This document shows, one piece after another, positions 10,817-21,180 of a stretch of 64,000 nucleotides of DNA (position 1 is its first letter; every line of letters begins with the position of its first letter). Origin of the DNA: Bacteroidota bacterium (lineage in GTDB: Bacteria > Bacteroidota > Rhodothermia > Rhodothermales > Bin80). Both the position numbers and the translations under genes were made by a program. The DNA is taken from NCBI GenBank assembly GCA_028875125.1, contig JAPPGC010000106.1, positions 5,217-69,216 of the forward strand. The letters are read 5' to 3'. The notes under the pieces are model-generated. The model saw only the letters and a list, made by a program, of their open reading frames with translations, searched no databases and was not told where the DNA came from.

Positions 10817-13495
10817 TCAGATCCCCCGAAATCTCCGGTTACGTTCTGCACGTGGTTGCTGGAAACGCAGGAATTCCGCCAGGCGCCCGCTCTTCACGTG
10901 TAAATTAAATCCCCATGACTGGTAAGCCCCAAATGGAATCCAGCGAAAGGACATATTCCAGCACTCAAACTCCTTAGATATATTGAGCGTCGTGGTTACG
11001 ATTTGTTTTCGCTCAAAGTCGTAGCCTGTTTGGCCTCGAACACGCCAAGTTGGGGTTAGACTGAAGTTGAAGCCCGTATTTACAGTGGCCGAACGGCGGA
11101 GGACTAATTGCGGTCGAGTAATTTGATAGACAAAACTTAGATTTAATGACCAGTTTTCGAATCCCCCGGCCCCGCTGGTTTGAGAAAACTGATTGTTGAT
11201 CCCTGCTCCGAAAGGGGGAATCGAGTTGCCGAATTGGGGCATGCCTGAAGTGGCCGTCGGCATGTCTGTTGTACGGGTTCGCACGCGTCCACGCAATTGC
11301 ATACTCCCGCGTACGCTCAGCTGCGTTAGCCGAGCAATCTTCAGATCGCGTAATGAGAAGGCATACTCGTTCACCATGCGACGACCATCAGGGCTCAGTT
11401 TATAGGGTGAAAGGGTGGAACTGAAATTAATGTTGAACTGGCCTAGAATATTAGTACGAGCACTTATGCGTATAGGAGACATTCTGAGCGAGTCTGCCGC
11501 AAGATTATAGCTGCTGGATACGTTCAGCGTGAAGAGCCGGAGAACACGACTTTGATCGGCTCCGGTTGAGTCTATACTCACCCGCTTGGTCTCGAATGTA
11601 TTGTTGACACCAAAACTGATCGCCTTCTGCACGCCACGCTGTACGCCCGTAACAATGTTGTAGCGACGGGGGGTCGGTCCAGTTGCCAGAGTGTCCACAA
11701 CAGGTAGGCCGGCCTCATCCAGTAACGGACGTGTGTATCCCCAAGTATCGCCAGAAAAATCCGGCCGATATGAAAACCCAATATTGGGTCGCACTGTGTG
11801 TCTTAATCCTTGGTATTGTCCAAGTCTGACAGGAAAAAGGCCGTAGATTGTCGTGTTCGCGGATGCTCCCGTATTGAACTGTCTTAGGGCAAAAAAACCT
11901 GGCTCCGTTTTTCTTTCGGTTGTACCGTCGGCCAAAAGCGTTTGGCGCTCAGAAGTAATGAACCAGTCCTCGGTGTAATTCGCGTTTGGCGATAAATTCA
12001 GGCGAACCTGTCCCAATAGAGGTATCTGGCGTATCGCAAACGGAGCCGCGATAGGTACGCGGTGGGTGGCAGCAAAACGAATGCGACCGTCACTCCTGCC
12101 AGTGGCAGACTGGTATTTGTCTCCATCTAGCAACGCCTCAAACCATGAGTAATCAACCGGTTGCCCGTCGGCCAATGTGTCGCCGTTAGCAATCAACTCC
12201 TCGTCTGAGATAGGTCGAAATTCATACCTGTTGTTAATGCGCGACGAAACGCTGTACTGGAGTCGCTCATACCAGCGCTGATTCTGTCCACTGCTGTTTT
12301 CGCGCTTGAAAGGGGCACTGGTTCCTTGAGAAAAAGAAAATTGTGGCAGAGACAATTCGACGCTTCCCGTGGATATCACCTGTTGCTGTCGCATGCTCAA
12401 GGAAATGGATCTGCTTCCTCTGAACGTACGATTGAATTGGACAGAGGAACCGATCGACTGTCTGACATTGTCGTCGTACTGATAAGAAACTGTGCGTAAG
12501 TACGTACTGGAAGTGAGGTTTACGTTGGCACTCAGGCGTGACTTTGGCGAGAAGGTCTGGTTATGGGTCCACCGGAAGCTCAGGTTGTTTCGCTTGACCA
12601 AATCTGGATCATCACGCTCGCCACTTCGCTCGTGAAGGAAATCAACGTTCAGATTGCCACTGAACCGATCCCGCCGATTGTAACGAAAAGCCGGGTTAAC
12701 CTGCCAGCTTCCCTTGGTCCACAGACCAAGGCGGATTTGCGCATCCATATAATTATTCATGGCAAAATACCACCCCCAATTGCGCAGGAAAAACCCCCGC
12801 TCATCTTCTCCATATTCGGGGGCTAGCAGCCCGCTTCTGCGCCCCTCTTGGTAGGGCAGAAAGCCAAAGGGAAGCCACACAGGCGTCGGGATGTTGAAAA
12901 TGAAGAGCTGAATGGGGCCGGTATAGACCCATTTCTGATCAACGACCTTCATTCTGCGGGCACGGAGTGAATAGGACGGGGTCTCATCCGGTCCGCAATT
13001 GCAGGTAGTGTAGAGACCGTCCTTGATAAAGATCGTACTGTCCTCCCGGACTTTTGCTATCTCTGCTTGTATAAAGCCCTCTTCAAACTGCGTTCTTGCT
13101 TCCGTTAAACGTCCACGGCGGGTAGCGATATTGTAAGCCAGTCGTGATACAGTGAAAGTTTCTGAACCCTCAGAGTATACCGGTGCGCCCACGTAGCCCG
13201 AATCTGTGGCAAGCCCTTGTGCGACGAGCTCGTCTTGGTCCAGGAGTAGGGTAATGGAGTGGGCGTTGAGCTGAATGCCCTCGTAGGATACGCTGGCATT
13301 ACCGGTGAGTGTGCCATGATCTCCCTCCCCTGAGCCAAAATGCAGTATCAGGGAATCCCGGGCACTGAATTCTATCGGAGAAGTGGGTGAACCAGCTTCC
13401 TGTGCCCACGTAATCTGGGGAAAAAGCAACAGACCAACAGCGACAAAGCGGAATAATTGTCTTAAAACAACCTCACCGTTTGCGGTTATAGTCAT
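10817..13495 (-). CDS. LptD/OstA-like large outer-membrane beta-barrel protein
   Basis: Signal peptide (LLLFPQITWAQEA), an OstA-like N-terminal beta-jellyroll segment (LTGNASVSYEGIQLNAHSITLL), then about 700 aa of alternating beta-strand pattern ending in an aromatic-rich C-terminus. I chose the start at ATG 13495; it still overlaps the upstream gene by 23 nt. Confidence 0.7.
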   Translation of the reverse strand: MTITANGEVVLRQLFRFVAVGLLLFPQITWAQEAGSPTSPIEFSARDSLILHFGSGEGDHGTLTGNASVSYEGIQLNAHSITLLLDQDELVAQGLATDSGYVGAPVYSEGSETFTVSRLAYNIATRRGRLTEARTQFEEGFIQAEIAKVREDSTIFIKDGLYTTCNCGPDETPSYSLRARRMKVVDQKWVYTGPIQLFIFNIPTPVWLPFGFLPYQEGRRSGLLAPEYGEDERGFFLRNWGWYFAMNNYMDAQIRLGLWTKGSWQVNPAFRYNRRDRFSGNLNVDFLHERSGERDDPDLVKRNNLSFRWTHNQTFSPKSRLSANVNLTSSTYLRTVSYQYDDNVRQSIGSSVQFNRTFRGSRSISLSMRQQQVISTGSVELSLPQFSFSQGTSAPFKRENSSGQNQRWYERLQYSVSSRINNRYEFRPISDEELIANGDTLADGQPVDYSWFEALLDGDKYQSATGRSDGRIRFAATHRVPIAAPFAIRQIPLLGQVRLNLSPNANYTEDWFITSERQTLLADGTTERKTEPGFFALRQFNTGASANTTIYGLFPVRLGQYQGLRHTVRPNIGFSYRPDFSGDTWGYTRPLLDEAGLPVVDTLATGPTPRRYNIVTGVQRGVQKAISFGVNNTFETKRVSIDSTGADQSRVLRLFTLNVSSSYNLAADSLRMSPIRISARTNILGQFNINFSSTLSPYKLSPDGRRMVNEYAFSLRDLKIARLTQLSVRGSMQLRGRVRTRTTDMPTATSGMPQFGNSIPPFGAGINNQFSQTSGAGGFENWSLNLSFVYQITRPQLVLRRSATVNTGFNFSLTPTWRVRGQTGYDFERKQIVTTTLNISKEFECWNMSFRWIPFGAYQSWGFNLHVKSGRLAEFLRFQQPRAERNRRFRGI

Positions 13496-14438
13496 CAATC
13501 TGATCGAATACAAGACTGGCAGCACCAAGCATACCGGCCTCGTTTCCGAGCGTTTCCTGGATTACAACAACGCTCTCGCGCATGCCAGGTTTTATGTACG
13601 ACGCAATAACCTCTCGTACCGGAGTCAATAACAGATCACCTGCATTGGAAACACCACCACCTATGACAATAGTACGTATGTCAAGTAGGTTAATAACGCC
13701 CCCCAATACGCAGCCCAGCTTCCGGCCGGCCCACCTAAGGATTTCGGTGGCGGCGGGGTCCCCATTCATAGCTGCTCCTGCAATTGTGGCGGGTGTGAGA
13801 TGCGACAGTCCCGGAGCTGTATGCAATGAACTCTTGGGGTGTTTCCCTAGAAACTCGCGTGCATGACCAGTCAGGAACCGCTGCCCAAGGTATGCTTCAA
13901 TAGCTCCATTGACACCGGTCATATCCGGTGGGCCATCATAATTAATGGACATATGTCCTATTTCTCCGGCTGCCCCGGTTTCACCTCGAAAGATTCGATT
14001 ATTGAACACGATGGCACCGCCGACCCCCGTACCGAGCGTGATCATGATAAAATGATCATAGTTCCCTGCTGCCCCGTAGCGGCTGGATCCGAGGGCGGCC
14101 GCGTTAGCATCATTCTCAACAAAAATACTCAGGCGTTTACCTAACCGTTTTTTTAGGACTGATCTCAGGTCAACGATGCCCCATCCGGGCATATTTGGCG
14201 GATGAATTAACGATTTTCTGTCGAGGTCAATTGTCCCAGGAGCACCGATTCCTATGCCGAGTATGCGATTCGCGCGTTTGAGGAAAGGTTTTAAGGCCAG
14301 GGATATTTGATCCAGTACATGTTCTTTACCCTGTTCAGCTTCGGTAGGGACTGAATTCGTGTTAATTAGGCCGAATGCATTATGGACCAAAGCGGCTTTA
14401 ATGTTTGTCCCCCCCAGATCAATGCCGATCGCGTGCAT
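13473..14438 (-). CDS. ROK-family glucokinase
   Basis: N-terminal IGIDLGGTNIKAAL ATP-binding motif and ROK signature region (ENDANAAALGS...GTGVGGA). 321 aa. Confidence 0.85.
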   Translation of the reverse strand: MHAIGIDLGGTNIKAALVHNAFGLINTNSVPTEAEQGKEHVLDQISLALKPFLKRANRILGIGIGAPGTIDLDRKSLIHPPNMPGWGIVDLRSVLKKRLGKRLSIFVENDANAAALGSSRYGAAGNYDHFIMITLGTGVGGAIVFNNRIFRGETGAAGEIGHMSINYDGPPDMTGVNGAIEAYLGQRFLTGHAREFLGKHPKSSLHTAPGLSHLTPATIAGAAMNGDPAATEILRWAGRKLGCVLGGVINLLDIRTIVIGGGVSNAGDLLLTPVREVIASYIKPGMRESVVVIQETLGNEAGMLGAASLVFDQIDDYNRKR

Positions 14439-14443
14439 TTTGG

Positions 14444-14752
14444 TTATTCCTCTATTCGATAAACAGTTTCTCCATCGCGTCGCATACCATATTGCTCTCG
14501 CGCGATTTTTTCTATCGTCTCATCGCTTGGCGGGTTTTCTAGCAAAGACTGGAGTTCTGCTATTTCGCTTCTCAATTGCATATTCTCCTCCACCAGCTGC
14601 TCATAATCCCGCTGCCATTTTGATCGCCGGACCAGGCTGTAACTATCAAACCAAGTGAACCAGAGCAATCCTGCAAACATCAGACCGATAAGCAACAGGC
14701 GCGTAAGGCGTCTGCCCATTGAAACATGTTGTGGTGCTGCTGTAGACGCCAT
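14444..14752 (-). CDS. ftsB: Septum formation initiator (FtsB/DivIC family)
   Basis: A single N-terminal TM helix is followed by a coiled coil (QLVEENMQLRSEIAELQ) and a REQYGMRRDGE-type C-terminus. It sits directly downstream of eno, as in many bacteria. Confidence 0.75.
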   Translation of the reverse strand: MASTAAPQHVSMGRRLTRLLLIGLMFAGLLWFTWFDSYSLVRRSKWQRDYEQLVEENMQLRSEIAELQSLLENPPSDETIEKIAREQYGMRRDGETVYRIEE

Positions 14753-14764
14753 GCGCTGTATCTG

Positions 14765-16096
<1,332 letters not shown>

Positions 16097-16216
16097 TTAC
16101 AGCAGCGCACCAAAATACGTTGGTTGCCGTGAATGATATAGTGCGGCAATAGATTATTCGTTGCGTACTTGATCCTACAGGTTCCTCCTTCGGGGAGATC
16201 GCGACTACAGGGAAGT

Positions 16217-17494
16217 TTAACGACGTTGACGTACCGTAGTTGTACCACTGATGGTCATGCCCCGACACGTATAGCTCACCTGCGTACTTTCACCTGTATT
16301 CCAGCGTGTTACGTAGAAAATATCCTCGGCGGAAGGGTAGGCGGTAGCCATTCGATTAACGCCGTCCTGATCGCCAATACGAGAATATTCATCCGCAATC
16401 AGCCAGAACACAGCGGCCTGCTCACGATCAGCCACGCCACAACTCGCGACGGCAGTGGAATAAAGATTAGGAATAGCCACACGGGCCTGTCGGAAATCTG
16501 GGTCAGCTTCTGCGGCCAACCTGAAGTGGTCCCGCGCGTCGCGGAAGCTCTCCATATCCTGGTACGCTAAGCCGACATTGTAATAATCCTGCGCAACGAT
16601 TTCTATATCTGGCAGGGACTGCATCTGTCCGAAGAGTTCGATAGCGCGCTCGTTGTCACCGTCTTCAACGTACATCCGGGTCAACAAACGCAACGTTGCC
16701 GCACTAGGCTTCATGCTGAGGATTTTGTCTGCAAGCCCCAGCATTTCCTCACGATAAGCCTCTTGCTGGTACAGTCCAAAAAGTTGCGTAACCAGTTCGG
16801 CGTTATCAGGATCTGCTTCGTACTGCTTCTCTAGGAAGGCAATTTGCTCATCCGGGGGAATGACGGAAAAGTATTTATGGATCAAGCCCTCAATACTCTC
16901 TTCGCCTTCCCGCTTGTCTCTGAGTTCACGTAGGAAATCAAGTGCTCCTCCGATATCTCCTCCCTGATACATGTCCGAAACAATAACATCAAGGTAGTAG
17001 GGGTCAATACGCTGCGGATCCATTTCGTAAGCGCTTCGATATGCTGCGATCATATCGGGGCGTAGATCGGCGAGCTCATTGATGTTGGTCTGGATAAATC
17101 GTCCCTTATTGCGGGTCCAAATGAAGGGGTCAAATTGTATGTCCAGTGGGGAGAGCACGGGGATCACACGATCAAATTGCACAAGTGCAGAATCAAGCCA
17201 CGCACGTTTTTTCGCGGGATCCTCTTCCTCATTGGCAAGCCCCTGAAAAGTCTCGATGGCGCGTCTGAAGTTCACATCTGAGGTGCGCTTATAGCCGAGG
17301 GGTTCGTTATAGAGTAGCCATACCAGATTAGGTACAGCATCACGGTAGTTTTGATTTTTCCAGTTCTCGTGGTAGAGAGTGTAATGGATTCTAACCTCTT
17401 GATCATTCTCGGCTGTCTGCGCCGAAACTGCAGATGTCAGCGGGACCGAGATGATTATAAAAAGAGCCAGCAGGCAAGAGTGGATGCGATACAT
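16217..17494 (-). CDS. Secreted tetratricopeptide-repeat (TPR) protein
   Basis: Signal peptide (SAVSAQTAE) and repeated 34-aa helical W/Y/A-patterned units along the protein. Confidence 0.65.
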   Translation of the reverse strand: MYRIHSCLLALFIIISVPLTSAVSAQTAENDQEVRIHYTLYHENWKNQNYRDAVPNLVWLLYNEPLGYKRTSDVNFRRAIETFQGLANEEEDPAKKRAWLDSALVQFDRVIPVLSPLDIQFDPFIWTRNKGRFIQTNINELADLRPDMIAAYRSAYEMDPQRIDPYYLDVIVSDMYQGGDIGGALDFLRELRDKREGEESIEGLIHKYFSVIPPDEQIAFLEKQYEADPDNAELVTQLFGLYQQEAYREEMLGLADKILSMKPSAATLRLLTRMYVEDGDNERAIELFGQMQSLPDIEIVAQDYYNVGLAYQDMESFRDARDHFRLAAEADPDFRQARVAIPNLYSTAVASCGVADREQAAVFWLIADEYSRIGDQDGVNRMATAYPSAEDIFYVTRWNTGESTQVSYTCRGMTISGTTTVRQRR

Positions 17495-17548
17495 GGGATC
17501 AGAGTTTCCTAACTAGGGAATTTAAGCAAGAACATGGAAGCAAATGAC

Positions 17549-18823
17549 TTATCCGAGCCTTCGCTTGACGAACCAGCGTTCACCTACATTCAAAGTGGCA
17601 GATACGCCGATAAACCGGTCACGGATCAAGTTTTGATTAGTAGACCCTCGCGTACCGACCTCAAAGGTAATATCAACCCTGGTACCGAAAAACAATGTAG
17701 GTAGACCAAATCCGCCTGTGATGGCAGTAACAGCAATATCCGTACCGTGGGTGGGACTTATATACAGGTTGTCCTGATAGAAACCGATACGATAGGCTAT
17801 GCGGCGCAGATAAGATGCCTGTAATGCGGCTCCTGCAGGGATAAACTCTACGCCTCCTCCGTAACGCGTGCGATCACGCAAATTACTCGGCCTGAACCCC
17901 GTGAAGTATAGGCTGCTGGAAGCAGAGGACCAGGGTTCATGCCGGACTTCGGCGCTCAGTAGCCAGCGATTCTGATATCGTAGGGATAATCCCCCACGCG
18001 TTCGGAGCGGTACCTTTACATTTCCTGTGATTGTATTCCCGAGTGTATCGAGGTCCAGGCTTTCTCCAAGGGTTAACGCCTGGGTTCCTTTCAGCGTTAC
18101 CGGCAAGCTTCCGCTGGCAGCAATTGAGATCTCGTAGTCTTCGCCGCCAAAGGAAAGTGCTATTCCGGCGGACGAGGTTAATCCAGATAGGCGGGTGCTA
18201 CGTACCAGCCTGGAATCGAGGAGGTCAGCGGAGTCAAATGTAGTACGTCGTTCCTCTTCGGCAATCCCAAATATGAGATCAGCAGATACGCCGAGCGAGG
18301 CCCATCGACTTATTCTCATTCCGAGACCTATCCTTGCCTGATGCAGCCCGCCGGAGCCCTCATGATGAATCTGGAAGGGCAGTTCTCCCTCCACGTCCGC
18401 GTTCAAGGTCCCTGTGGTTGATACTTCATAGTTGATCCGGCTGTAGGGTTCGTAGGAAGCTCCCAAACCGAGTCGTGTAGAAAGGAGGGGCACTCCGATC
18501 TGGAGTGCGCTGAAGTTTCCATTGATCAGGCGCTCAGCCTGTCCACGGGCATCCTGGGCATGTAATCGATTGAACTGCGCTCCGGCAGCAACACGCACCA
18601 GCGTCTGACGGCTCCACGTTGCAGGATTGCTGAAGTTCATATAGTCGTACGAAAAGAGTCCTACCCCCGCACCGCCGAGAGCTTGAGCCTGGCTGGAAGC
18701 GAATGAACTGAGTTCCCCAATTCCATATCCCGAATAGAACGAGCCGTCATCCTGTCCCTGACCCTGAACATTACTTGTCAGAATCAGTGCTGTTAGGATA
18801 GCACATGAACTGAACTTTTTCAT
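17549..18823 (-). CDS. Outer-membrane beta-barrel protein (FadL/PorV-like pattern)
   Basis: Signal peptide, the N-terminal motif QALGGAGVGL...NFSNPATW seen in FadL/PorV-type barrels, alternating beta pattern and a C-terminal aromatic residue. The specific family was not determined. Confidence 0.5.
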   Translation of the reverse strand: MKKFSSCAILTALILTSNVQGQGQDDGSFYSGYGIGELSSFASSQAQALGGAGVGLFSYDYMNFSNPATWSRQTLVRVAAGAQFNRLHAQDARGQAERLINGNFSALQIGVPLLSTRLGLGASYEPYSRINYEVSTTGTLNADVEGELPFQIHHEGSGGLHQARIGLGMRISRWASLGVSADLIFGIAEEERRTTFDSADLLDSRLVRSTRLSGLTSSAGIALSFGGEDYEISIAASGSLPVTLKGTQALTLGESLDLDTLGNTITGNVKVPLRTRGGLSLRYQNRWLLSAEVRHEPWSSASSSLYFTGFRPSNLRDRTRYGGGVEFIPAGAALQASYLRRIAYRIGFYQDNLYISPTHGTDIAVTAITGGFGLPTLFFGTRVDITFEVGTRGSTNQNLIRDRFIGVSATLNVGERWFVKRRLG

Positions 18824-19983
18824 GATTTCCCAGAGGAAACTAGCCGCCTATCAAAAGTAATATGTGACGAAATGAATGTTGCACGTGGAGACAGATTTCC
18901 GGCGTTTATGCCGTATAAGAGAACTGTGTTCAAGCCGTTGTTAATCACGGGAGCACGCAATTCTAGGTAATCGTACTCCAACGTTCCCAAAAAAACACTT
19001 TGGAAGAAAACGCTGAGATCTTGTCCTGAGAAGCGGTATTTACCTTCACCAGTCAGGTCGGCTTCGCCAACCAAGATTGCAGGCGCTTCCTGATCAGAGG
19101 TCACTGCAACCAGTTGCAGCCGGTGCAAGAGTGGACGCACGAAGTTTGGAGGCGTGTGTTGACTGGCGATCGTATCGGCACTGAAAGTGAGAACTGCACC
19201 GTTGATGGACCGGTCTGAGAAGTAAAACTCTAGATCAAAGTCAAGTGCAATTGCGGGACCTGTACCATCCTGGAACAGGACGAATTCATCCGGGGCAGCG
19301 GGTTCCGTCTTTCGGTCAAATTTTGTATATGTACTGCTAACAGTAAATGTCGTTGGTCCAGCTGTTGACGTTGCCACAAGTGTCGTGGAAGTGGAATTGA
19401 AACCGACTACCTGTTCGCTGCCGTTATCTATGAAAGCGAATCCGTAAAACTCTGATCCAAAATTATCACTTCGAAGTAGGTTCTCGTTTGCATCAATCCA
19501 TGAGGCCGGAAGATCAATCATGATGAGTGAATCCCGCGTTGCCACGTTTACGTTGATGATCTCCGGGCCTATTGTCAAGGCGGTGTTGGCTTTGAGTCCA
19601 CTCTGGTCCCATTCAGCAAGAACTTGGTGCAGCGAAAACTGGAGTACGCCTGTTGTATCCCCAAAATCATAATCGCGCACAAGTCGCAGTTGAACCGCAC
19701 TTATAGCGTCTGATGGGGCTCCAGAAAACTCCCCGGCAAAATCCAAAAAACCGGACGCCTCAACCTGACCGGTTAGTGGATCGTCTGCACCTCCGACGAG
19801 CACACGGGGCGCAGCCCCTGTAATGTCAACGAGCGACGAGGGGGAAAACGACGTTGCTGTTAAAGTTTGGGTATGGAGACTTCCGCTTTCTCCCAGCAAA
19901 TTCAGCCCTACATCGGAGGTCGGATCCGTACAGGCTGCCAAAACGAGCAGCGAAAACAATAGATAACAGCAAGTTGGGCGCAT
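18820..19983 (-). CDS. DUF4270-like lipoprotein
   Basis: Lipobox LLVLAAC at the ATG 19983 start. Its position immediately downstream of a short GlgA-like gene is the arrangement I associate with DUF4270 in Bacteroidota. There is a 4-nt overlap with the downstream barrel gene. Confidence 0.5.
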   Translation of the reverse strand: MRPTCCYLLFSLLVLAACTDPTSDVGLNLLGESGSLHTQTLTATSFSPSSLVDITGAAPRVLVGGADDPLTGQVEASGFLDFAGEFSGAPSDAISAVQLRLVRDYDFGDTTGVLQFSLHQVLAEWDQSGLKANTALTIGPEIINVNVATRDSLIMIDLPASWIDANENLLRSDNFGSEFYGFAFIDNGSEQVVGFNSTSTTLVATSTAGPTTFTVSSTYTKFDRKTEPAAPDEFVLFQDGTGPAIALDFDLEFYFSDRSINGAVLTFSADTIASQHTPPNFVRPLLHRLQLVAVTSDQEAPAILVGEADLTGEGKYRFSGQDLSVFFQSVFLGTLEYDYLELRAPVINNGLNTVLLYGINAGNLSPRATFISSHITFDRRLVSSGKS

Positions 19984-20095
19984 AAGAAGTCGGCACGGGC
20001 ATTTGAAGAATATGCCCAAGAACGCGGTGACCGCTTGAATTGGTACAGGGCGCGGCCGAAAACGTGCAACTTTGGAGAGAACACGGATGTTCCCC

Positions 20096-20872
20096 CTAAA
20101 CCGCTTCTACTCTCAGTAGGTTCTCGTACAGATCGCCTGCCTGTGCGATCATTTGCTCGGCCTCAGTACTGAACTGTACAGATGATTCACAATTCTGCCC
20201 CAAGGAAGGCGGGTACGCAACAGAGTCGGAAAAATGCTTACCCAGATCAGTCATACTCATTCCAGAAAGGTCTCCATTGAGGGAGAGCTTCATGTTTTTT
20301 ACCAGCTTCTGAGAAACCGTTGCATTGGCCTCAATATCATCCGGGGTATAAACAGTTCTTGCGGACTCAAACAGCGGGTCGTTCTTATACTCGGTGGTCA
20401 CCACGAGCGGTACAAAACCACTAATCCATCCTAGTGCATGAACGACATCCGGCTGCCACTGCATCTTGCGCACGATCTCGAGAACCGACCGTGCAAAAAA
20501 GAGTGCTCGAGTGGCATTATCCTCAAAAACATTCCCAAGTTTGTCTTGATGCAAACCTTTTCTTTTGAAGAAATTTTTGTTATCCACAAAATAAACCTGC
20601 CGGCGGGTTCCGGGGATTGCCGTTACCTTGACAGTCAGTGTTTCCGTTGAGCGTCCCATGTGCACTTTTGTGCGACGGAGGCGGATAACCTCGTGCAAGC
20701 CGTTCTTGCGCTCGCTGATTGTTCCGTAGCGAGGCATCATAATTCTGGTTTCGAAGTTACCGAGTGCCTGGAGCCCTTCGGGTATGCATCTTGTCAAAGT
20801 CCCGACATCGCTTTCGTTGGTAAATGGATGAACTTCGCCAGTGACGAATAAGGCTTTGATTGGCTGATCCAT
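20096..20872 (-). CDS. Short glycogen/starch-synthase-like protein (N-terminal Rossmann half only)
   Basis: KALFVTGEVHPF...MPRYG resembles the GlgA N-terminal KxxFVxxExxPFxKTGG region. At only 258 aa it lacks the second GT-B lobe. Confidence 0.65.
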   Translation of the reverse strand: MDQPIKALFVTGEVHPFTNESDVGTLTRCIPEGLQALGNFETRIMMPRYGTISERKNGLHEVIRLRRTKVHMGRSTETLTVKVTAIPGTRRQVYFVDNKNFFKRKGLHQDKLGNVFEDNATRALFFARSVLEIVRKMQWQPDVVHALGWISGFVPLVVTTEYKNDPLFESARTVYTPDDIEANATVSQKLVKNMKLSLNGDLSGMSMTDLGKHFSDSVAYPPSLGQNCESSVQFSTEAEQMIAQAGDLYENLLRVEAV

Positions 20873-21180
20873 AGATGCTTCTGTAGGCTTATCCTCTTAG
20901 GTCCACGTCCATACTATCGGCTGCGAAGACACGCAGTCGCGCCTATTGGGAAAGAGAAACGCAGGTAAATGCAAGTGTAATGTAATGTGTCACAGCAGGC
21001 CGTTGGCCTAAGATACGAAAAAAGCTCTTACTATCAAACCTTGGCAGGCGTATTGATAGGGTGTTTATCACTGATTATTTAATTTTTGGTCTGACGCATG
21101 GTCAAATTGATTGGAGCAGGTTGGGCAGGGCTGGGTTAAACCCCGTTTGTGAATTAAGTCGCTCGTTTACCTCTATTTTC

